A DNA stretch of 27,349 bases from a virus (taxonomy: Duplodnaviria > Caudoviricetes): the IMG/VR virus record IMGVR_UViG_3300049173_000085, positions 1-27,349 of that record. One strand, 5' to 3'. Of the stretch, positions 15,930 through 22,561 are shown one piece after another. The translations under genes and the position numbers were made by a program. Below the pieces are notes generated by a model. It was not told the DNA's origin. It made no database searches and worked only from the letters and a program-made list of their open reading frames with translations. Within the stretch, counting starts at the first letter, position 1, and the number at the start of each line of letters is the position of its first letter.

Positions 15930-18900
15930 AGGGTGACTCCGATCGTGTACGAGACGGTGACGGTGCCGCTGTCGGCGGCGATGGTGAGGGGGCCGGTGAG
16001 GAGGGCGTCCGCGTCACGGGCGACGCTCCAGGTGGCCGCCTCGCCGGTGTGCAGGGTGCTCGTTCCGTCGGCGGTGGTGACGGTGCCGGTGCCGCCGTGC
16101 GCGACCGCGGTGACGGACTGAAGCGTCGGCCAGGCCGCCGCACTCCAGGACTGGCCGGCCGCGAGCTCGCGGCGTCGGGCCTGGACGCCGAACGCGGGCT
16201 CTGCGCCCTCCTCGTCGTCGAGGGTGTCGCAGTCGATCGGCGCGACTGGGGTGTAGGGGCCGGTGAGACCGTCGGTGTAGGTGCCGAGGCTGGTGAGGTT
16301 GCCGTCGCAATCGACGGCCAGTAGCTCGACGTAACCCACGTCTGGCAGGCCGTCCGCGTCGGTGTCATCGCAGCGGCACGCCTCGATTACGTTCTGCACG
16401 TCGCACGGCGTGACCGTCCCGGCCGTCGCACCGTCCGCGGTGCACGCGCCCGCCTCGCCTTGCACGGTGTACGGGGTGACTCCGTCGAGGCCGAGGTCCT
16501 CGGTTGAGGTGAGGCCGCCGTCGCAGTCGAAGGTGAAGCGCCGCAGGAACGGTGTGCGCGTGAGGGTGAGCGCTGCCGTCCGCACCTCCTGTGGCATGAG
16601 GAACAGGTCACGGTCGTTGACCGGGCCGCCAGTCGTCTGGTCGGTGAAGCGGATCCGGACCGTTCCCGTGGCCGGGGCGATGAACTTCACCGGCGGCAGG
16701 TCCTCGGTCAACATGCCGCCCGGGAACACATTCGACCCGTTGGAGACGTTGCGAGTCCTGTTGGCGAGCACCGTGGTGCCGTCCAGGATCTCCAGGAGAT
16801 AGATCGCGTTGTTGGTGGCCGGGGTGGGATTTCCGGCGCCGACCCACGCGGACGCGAACCGGAACTCGTACAGCACGGTCGGGAGGAGTCCGCTGACGGT
16901 CAGTTCCGCTACGCCGTTGGCGGGCTGGTTGGCCTGTGCGAACCACAGGGTTGTGCCGTTGTTGGCGGCCACCACGTTCCCGGTCAGGGCGAAGTCGCGC
17001 GCCGGGGTCGGGATCGGGGCCTGCGGGTCATACGTCAGGTCGCAGAGCTGGGCGACCTCTGTGTCCCCGCACGGCTCGACGACCGTGCCGCCGCCACTGG
17101 CCGGGGTGCACTGTCCCGGCTCCCCGGTGACGGTGTACGGGTCGCCGTCGAGGGTGGTGTCCGTCACGGAGACGACCGCGCCGGTCTCACAGTCGAGGGT
17201 GATGCTGCGGAGGAACTGCGCGGCGCATCCGGTCTGGTCGTAGGCCACGGTTGCGGCGAAGTCGTCGAGCTGCCACCCGGTGCGGCGCGGCGGCGGGCAG
17301 GTGGCGCCGCTGTCGTCGTAGGCGTCGAAGGCGAGCGCGACGGCGATGTTCCCGGCGGCGAGGTCGCCGGCCGGGACGTCGGCCTCGACGGTGAGCGTCC
17401 CCGTCCACCCGGCGGGGGTGTCGGGCGGGGCGAGCGCGAGAGCTACCCGGTTCGCTTCCCCGGTGCCGTTGTAGAGGCCGAGGAATCCAGTGGCGCGGCA
17501 GCCGTCATCGGGGCCGAGCTGGGTGACGTCGACCTGCACCGTGACGTGTGCGGTGCCGGTGTCGCAGACCGGCCGCGGGGCCTGGAGGATCGCCGCGGCG
17601 GTCCGTACGGTGCCCCCGGTGCCCGGCTGCGGGCCTGCCGCGTCGGGGAGGGTCAGCGTGCCGCCGTCCCAGAGGGCTTGCGCGCCGGCCGCAGGGACGC
17701 CCGTGGTGTACGGGTAGTAGGGCGCCCCGGGGGTGTCGGTGACGGTCGGGGTCGGCGTGCCGTCTGTCGGCAGGTCGCACAGCAGGACCGTGCTCGTGTT
17801 CCGGCACGGCTCTGCCTCGGGCGCGCACTGGCCGACGGTGCCGGTGATGACGTACGGCGTGGTCCCGTCGAGCCTGGTGTCCCGGGAGTTGGTGACCTGC
17901 CCGGCGCAGTCGTAGACGAGGTGCCGCAGGAAGGCGGTCACGGTGCCGTCGAGGGCCGTGTCGCACAGCGTCAGTGTCTCCGTCTGCCCGCACGGATCCG
18001 TGTCCGGGGAGCAGGTACCGACGGTACCGGCGACGGTGTACGAGGTGCCGTCGAGACCGTAGTCCGTGTGGCCGTTGATCTGGCCGGTGCTGACGTCGCG
18101 CCGGTAGTCCCGCAGGAACGGGACCGATGTACCGTCGGCCTGGACGTCGCACAGGACGGTCAAGTCCTGGTCGGCGGCGGGCTGCCCTGCGCCGGCCGGA
18201 CACACCGTCAGCTCGCCCTGCAGCGTGTACGTGCTGCCGTCGGCCGGGTTGATCAGGCGCACAGACGCGAGGGAGCCGTCCGGGTTGTACTCGTACTCGA
18301 CGAGGACGACGCCGAGGACGTCACCGGTGCCGGGGTCGACGTCGCACAGCAGGCCGGCCAGCTCGAAAGCCCGGCTGTCCCCGCATGCCTGCGCACCGGC
18401 CGGTGGCGCGCCCGCACTGTAGGTGCCGGTGGTGAGGTTGAGCCATCCGTCCTGTGTGACGGTGTCGGTCGCGCAGTCCCGGGTGACGACGACGGCGATC
18501 GGTGTGCCGTCGGCGAGACACAGGCCGAGCGTCGCGGCCGGGGTGGTCTGCTCGGCGCACGGGGTGGCGCCGCTACCAGCGTCGCCCGCGCAGGCCCCGA
18601 CGGTGCCGGTGACGACGTGCGGAGTCTGTCCGTCGAGCGCGACGTCCTCGTACGTCGCTGTCCCGCTGAGGAAGACGTACCGGCGCAGGAACGGGCCGCT
18701 GGCGTCGCACAGCATCACCGTCTCGTGGTCGGGGCAGCCGTAGGTGCAGTCGACGGGCGAGATCGGCACGTAGGGCACCGACGGGTCGTCCTGGTAGGTG
18801 AGGACGAGTTCGGCGCTGCCGTCGGCGCGGATGCACCACAGCTCGCTGTAGGTGGCGTCGGCCGCGCCGTCGCCGTCGGTGTCGTCGCACAGGGCGCGAC

Positions 18901-19171
18901 ACACGGTGTCGACGCATCCGGCCTCGCACGGCCCGGCGTCGGTGGGGAGCGCGCCGGGAGTGAAGGTGCCGGCGACGTCGAGCCAGCCGACGACTTCGGG
19001 GTCCTCGGGGGCCTCGCCGCACTCGACACATCCGGAGCGGACGACGGCAAGGATCGTCGTGCCGTCGGCGCGGCACAGCGGTGCCGAGGCGACCGAGGGC
19101 GCGCAGCAGGTGGTGACCTCGATCGGTGTTGATCCGCCCTCGGGCGCGCAAGGTACGGGCTCGACCGGCAC
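15926..19171 (-). CDS. Large Cys-rich repeat scaffold 1 with two inserted domains, 1081 aa
   Basis: Starts immediately after upstream TAA; about 10 repeats; two DxDxDG loops; paralogous to 12129-15929. Confidence 0.8.
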   Translation of the reverse strand: MPVEPVPCAPEGGSTPIEVTTCCAPSVASAPLCRADGTTILAVVRSGCVECGEAPEDPEVVGWLDVAGTFTPGALPTDAGPCEAGCVDTVCRALCDDTDGDGAADATYSELWCIRADGSAELVLTYQDDPSVPYVPISPVDCTYGCPDHETVMLCDASGPFLRRYVFLSGTATYEDVALDGQTPHVVTGTVGACAGDAGSGATPCAEQTTPAATLGLCLADGTPIAVVVTRDCATDTVTQDGWLNLTTGTYSAGAPPAGAQACGDSRAFELAGLLCDVDPGTGDVLGVVLVEYEYNPDGSLASVRLINPADGSTYTLQGELTVCPAGAGQPAADQDLTVLCDVQADGTSVPFLRDYRRDVSTGQINGHTDYGLDGTSYTVAGTVGTCSPDTDPCGQTETLTLCDTALDGTVTAFLRHLVYDCAGQVTNSRDTRLDGTTPYVITGTVGQCAPEAEPCRNTSTVLLCDLPTDGTPTPTVTDTPGAPYYPYTTGVPAAGAQALWDGGTLTLPDAAGPQPGTGGTVRTAAAILQAPRPVCDTGTAHVTVQVDVTQLGPDDGCRATGFLGLYNGTGEANRVALALAPPDTPAGWTGTLTVEADVPAGDLAAGNIAVALAFDAYDDSGATCPPPRRTGWQLDDFAATVAYDQTGCAAQFLRSITLDCETGAVVSVTDTTLDGDPYTVTGEPGQCTPASGGGTVVEPCGDTEVAQLCDLTYDPQAPIPTPARDFALTGNVVAANNGTTLWFAQANQPANGVAELTVSGLLPTVLYEFRFASAWVGAGNPTPATNNAIYLLEILDGTTVLANRTRNVSNGSNVFPGGMLTEDLPPVKFIAPATGTVRIRFTDQTTGGPVNDRDLFLMPQEVRTAALTLTRTPFLRRFTFDCDGGLTSTEDLGLDGVTPYTVQGEAGACTADGATAGTVTPCDVQNVIEACRCDDTDADGLPDVGYVELLAVDCDGNLTSLGTYTDGLTGPYTPVAPIDCDTLDDEEGAEPAFGVQARRRELAAGQSWSAAAWPTLQSVTAVAHGGTGTVTTADGTSTLHTGEAATWSVARDADALLTGPLTIAADSGTVTVSYTIGVTL

Positions 19172-19684
19172 TTACGCCTCCGGGTGTGCCTGGCGGCGGT
19201 GGGTGTCCCGGCCGCGCTCGGTCTTGAAAGGGCGGTCGCAGACGTCGCAGGTGAAGCCGTCACTCTCGCCGTCGGTGTCGGCGTCTCGGTCGCTCGAGTC
19301 GCTGTCGTCGTCGCCGGGTGCGTCGTTGAGCGGGGCGTAGTCCGGCTCGGGCAGCGGCTTGGCGTCCGGCGGGTACGCCTCGTCCGGGATGGGCGGCAGC
19401 GCCTGGCCGGGGATCCCCTCCCTCTCCGGCTGGAACACGCCGAGGAGATCGGGCCCGTCGGCCGGCTCGGTCTGCTCCTGGTCCTCGTCGGGGCTGACGT
19501 AGCGGTGGCCGTCCACCGTGGCGCCGATCAGCAGCCGCTCGGGCACTTCGGTGAACAGGCGGGCGGGCACGGCGAAGTCGGTGGTGGAGACGGTGCGGAT
19601 CTTCGGTTCCTGGGCGACCGCCCACTCGGCGAAGTCGCGGCGCAGGCTGGGGGCGGGCCGGACGTGGATCAGCTCGGGGGGCAT
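19172..19684 (-). CDS. Protein with acidic/Pro linker and C-terminal C2H2 zinc finger, 170 aa
   Basis: ATG at 19684 with SD GAGGA; FTCDVCDRPFKTERGRDTHRRQAH = C-x2-C-x12-H-x4-H. Confidence 0.75.
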   Translation of the reverse strand: MPPELIHVRPAPSLRRDFAEWAVAQEPKIRTVSTTDFAVPARLFTEVPERLLIGATVDGHRYVSPDEDQEQTEPADGPDLLGVFQPEREGIPGQALPPIPDEAYPPDAKPLPEPDYAPLNDAPGDDDSDSSDRDADTDGESDGFTCDVCDRPFKTERGRDTHRRQAHPEA

Positions 19685-19692
19685 GGCGGTCC

Positions 19693-20532
19693 TCACGGGC
19701 AGGTCGTGACCTGTACCGCGCACACGGTGCAGGTCGTCGCGGGAACGTAGGTGCGCTCGGCCAAGACCCGCCGGTCGTTGACGCGGCGGTCGATGGAGGC
19801 GCCTGCGCGGTCGGGGATGACGTCGATGGGGCCTCGGCGGACGACGACCGGCCCGGAGATGTAGAGCCAGGCGGTGCCGGGCTCGGCGGGGGTGCCGTCG
19901 GGCCCGGTGTTCGCGGCGCTGTACCCGGAGCCGACGATCACGCAGTTCCCGGCGAGGGTGGACAGCCGGTTGCCGTCGACGTAGGCGATGTTGCAGCAGC
20001 CAAGGAGGGCGGCGGCGCCGGTCGGCACGTGAAGGGTGCCGACGCCGCCGTAGGACTCGGCAAGGCAGCCTTCCAGCGCGGCGACGCCCTGCGCGAGCGA
20101 CACCGGCCCTTCGCCCGGGGTCAGGTCGATGGCGCGAGGAGCGAGGGTGTACCGCCAGAACGCGCTCTCGACGGCCTGCTGCTCCCCCAGTTCCAGGGAG
20201 GCCCGGACGTGTTCGATGGCCTCCTGGTACGACCAGCCGATCGTGGAGCAGCGCACCCCGGCGTAGATGGTGACCGGGTCGGCCTCTTCGTGGGCCGGGT
20301 CGCAGAACTCCTTCTGGCCCGGCGGGGATCCTGGGGACTCTTCGCCAGGGGACTCGTCGGAGCACCAGTCGGTGTCACGGACTGGACAGCAGCCGAGCGC
20401 CATCCACTCCACGCCCAGCAACTCGTGCACGTCGTCGACATCGATGACGTCGGTACAGCCGCCGAGGATGCCGTAGGGCAACGGGCGGCCGGGGATGGCC
20501 TCGACTCGGCGTCGCATGCCAGCGGGTGGCAC
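19693..20532 (-). CDS. Second capsid protein, major capsid pentamer protein-like, 279 aa
   Basis: GTG at 20532, SD GAGGAGG; follows the MCP; PYG(I/L), GTLHVP, WLYISGPV and VLAERTY motifs as recalled for cluster-B-like pentamer proteins. Confidence 0.65.
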   Translation of the reverse strand: MPPAGMRRRVEAIPGRPLPYGILGGCTDVIDVDDVHELLGVEWMALGCCPVRDTDWCSDESPGEESPGSPPGQKEFCDPAHEEADPVTIYAGVRCSTIGWSYQEAIEHVRASLELGEQQAVESAFWRYTLAPRAIDLTPGEGPVSLAQGVAALEGCLAESYGGVGTLHVPTGAAALLGCCNIAYVDGNRLSTLAGNCVIVGSGYSAANTGPDGTPAEPGTAWLYISGPVVVRRGPIDVIPDRAGASIDRRVNDRRVLAERTYVPATTCTVCAVQVTTCP

Positions 20533-20556
20533 CTTGCCCACCTCCTCATAGTGATC

Positions 20557-20587
20557 GCGCCGAGCCCGCCGGGGCGGGTCTCGGCGC
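20557..20587 (-). terminator. GC-rich hairpin after major capsid gene (attenuator or mRNA stabiliser)
   Basis: GCGCCGAG-CCCGCC..GGCGGG-TCTCGGCGC inverted repeat in the intergenic gap; no U-tract. Confidence 0.5.
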
Positions 20588-20605
20588 TGGGTGCGGAAGG
20601 TGGGG

Positions 20606-22231
20606 TCAGGCGATCGGGCAGGTGAGGCCGAGCTGCTCGCCGGTGCGGCCGTCGGGGCAGACCGGCACGGTGACGATGCGGGACTCCGGGCCACGGTCGA
20701 TGAGGGCCACGCACTCTTCGCTGAAGGCCGCGGTGTAGTCGTTGGTCTGGAACTTCGTCGAGTCGTGGATCACGCCGAGCGAGATCTCGCCGCCGCGTCC
20801 GATCTGGAAGGCGCCCGCCGGGTGGATCAAGAACGGGATGGAGTCGGGCCAGTCCACGGCCGGGGTCGGGCCGCCGATCTGCGCGGGGACGTTCGGGGCG
20901 AGGCCGCGCGCCCACTGGACGCGCACGCCGAGCGTGGCGAAGGCGTTGATGATGCACGCCGGGTCGATCTCGTCGCAGCCGACGCCGTTACGGCGGGCGA
21001 TGTCCGCGAGGAACATCGACCGGGCCCACCACGGGAACACGACCTCGATGTTGATCGAGTCGCACAGGCTGTGCCGCTCAACCATGTCGGCGGCCTGCAG
21101 AGCGACCGCCGCGAAGATCGCGGAGAACGCGCCGAAGGTCGCGGCGATGGTGACCGGGGTGGACGCGGCCACCGCCTGCTCGAACAGGACCTGACGGACG
21201 CGCAGTTCGTGCGCGACCATCGTGTTCCTCTGGTACCACGCCACCAATTCCGGAAAATGACGCTGCGTCAGGATTCCGGCCTGGAGGCACACGCCGACCG
21301 CGTCACAGCGGACCTCTTCCGGCTCCGGGCAGGGAATGACGAAGCATGGCTTGACCGCGCCGCTGATGTCGTCCGCCTCGGTGTGGACGAACGTCATCGA
21401 GCCGACGTCCAGCGACGGGATCTTGAAGAACCGCAGGCCACCGCGAGCGAGCTGCACCTCGGGCGCGTCCCACAGCATCTCCGGACAGGCGATGTCCGTC
21501 AGCGTGTAGACGGTCTCCGACGGAGCGCACCAACCGCCGCTCGCGACGATGTTGCCCTGCGGCAGGCGGGACTGGTCGGCGGCGAGGATGACCGCGCGGG
21601 TGCCCTCCGTGCCCGAGCTGGAGTCGTTGACGATGAGGTTGTTGTCGAACGGCAGTCGGTAGCTCGCGCACAGGCCGACGCCACCACCCGCCGTCTTCAA
21701 CGCGTTGGCGCGGCGGATGATGCCCTCGGTCACGCCCTCCATGTCGAGGGGCTGGCCCGGCTGGTAGCCCGGGACGTCGACCGAGGCGGTGATCTCCGGG
21801 CGCGGGTTCGGGTCCGGGGGCAGCACGCGCGGCTGATGGACGCGGACGCGGGACAGGTCGAGGGCGCGCTGCTTGACGACCGCGGAGGCACTGACGGGCT
21901 TGGCGGGCTCGGGCTCGACGACCGGCTCCGGTTCGGCCGGCTCCTCGGGCTCGTCGGAGGCGGTGACCTCCTCGCCATCGTCGCCGCGCACCGAGGCGGC
22001 GAGCTGCTCGATCTCGGCGGCTGCCTTCTCGGCGGCCTCCATGCGGTCGGCCTTCTCGGCGCGGATGTCATTGACCGCGGTGGCCAGCTCGCGGAGCTTG
22101 GCCAGATCGTCGGTGGTGACGGTGCTGCTGCCCGCCTTCGCGTCGAAGGCCCGCACAGCGCCTTCGAGAAGGTCGTCCAGCTCTTCGTCGTTGAGGGCAG
22201 TGATGTCCTCGGGAAGGGAGAACTCTTCCAT
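20606..22231 (-). CDS. Major capsid (hexamer) protein with N-terminal scaffold-like helical domain, 541 aa
   Basis: ATG at 22231; acidic coiled-coil N-terminus, then ASGGWCAPSETVY, RGG, KPC..IPCP and LGVIHDS..NDY motifs of cluster-B-like HK97-fold capsid proteins. Confidence 0.85.
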   Translation of the reverse strand: MEEFSLPEDITALNDEELDDLLEGAVRAFDAKAGSSTVTTDDLAKLRELATAVNDIRAEKADRMEAAEKAAAEIEQLAASVRGDDGEEVTASDEPEEPAEPEPVVEPEPAKPVSASAVVKQRALDLSRVRVHQPRVLPPDPNPRPEITASVDVPGYQPGQPLDMEGVTEGIIRRANALKTAGGGVGLCASYRLPFDNNLIVNDSSSGTEGTRAVILAADQSRLPQGNIVASGGWCAPSETVYTLTDIACPEMLWDAPEVQLARGGLRFFKIPSLDVGSMTFVHTEADDISGAVKPCFVIPCPEPEEVRCDAVGVCLQAGILTQRHFPELVAWYQRNTMVAHELRVRQVLFEQAVAASTPVTIAATFGAFSAIFAAVALQAADMVERHSLCDSINIEVVFPWWARSMFLADIARRNGVGCDEIDPACIINAFATLGVRVQWARGLAPNVPAQIGGPTPAVDWPDSIPFLIHPAGAFQIGRGGEISLGVIHDSTKFQTNDYTAAFSEECVALIDRGPESRIVTVPVCPDGRTGEQLGLTCPIA

Positions 22232-22265
22232 GGGGCCGGGCTCCAAATGATCGATCTTGGAGTGA

Positions 22266-22303
22266 CCCGGCCCAAAACCAGCGGTCGATTTGTGCCGATA
22301 TTA
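22266..22303 (-). promoter_or_regulatory. Putative late promoter (-10 TAATAT) plus conserved leader motif, copy 3
   Basis: TAATAT at 22303-22298, then 13 nt, then CCGCTGGTTTTGGGCCGGG (22284-22266). Confidence 0.65.
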
Positions 22304-22383
22304 GCTTGCCGCTCTGGTGAGCGGTCCGATCGCATGGCGGGCGGTGTACCCGGCCCGCTGCGGGGCCAGGTACCGCGCTGCCC

Positions 22384-22560
22384 CTACTTCTTCGGCTCGT
22401 GCTCGCGAACGACGCTGCCGGGGTACCGCTTGGCGACGTTGTCGGCGACGGTCTTGTGCCCCGAGGAGAACACGATCTTCTCCTTCGGCTTCTGCGTCTT
22501 CGGGTCCGTGACGGTGGTGACGACCTCGAACTTCTTCTTGTTCTGGCAGGCGCACGGCAT
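22384..22560 (-). CDS. Small basic CxC protein, 58 aa (absent from ORF track)
   Basis: MPCACQNKKKFEVVTTVTDPKTQKPKEKIVFSSGHKTVADNVAKRYPGSVVREHEPKK*; ATG 1 nt after protease stop; strong GC3 bias. Confidence 0.75.
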   Translation of the reverse strand: MPCACQNKKKFEVVTTVTDPKTQKPKEKIVFSSGHKTVADNVAKRYPGSVVREHEPKK

Positions 22561-22561
22561 A

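Noticed and set aside
12129-19171. Secreted host adhesins or RHS/YD toxins
   Set aside because: No signal peptide, sortase motif or RHS core signature; genes are coupled within the virion operon
1986-20694. Extended N-termini in the ORF track (e.g. 1986-2954, 8457-9233, 8962-9774, 10612-11625, 19172-20365, 19693-20694)
   Set aside because: They overlap real upstream genes; downstream starts with SD or stop-start coupling, or matching paralog N-termini, fit better
22301-22555. 84-aa ORF from the ORF track
   Set aside because: The alternative frame 22384-22560 has better codon bias and start context and leaves the promoter region free
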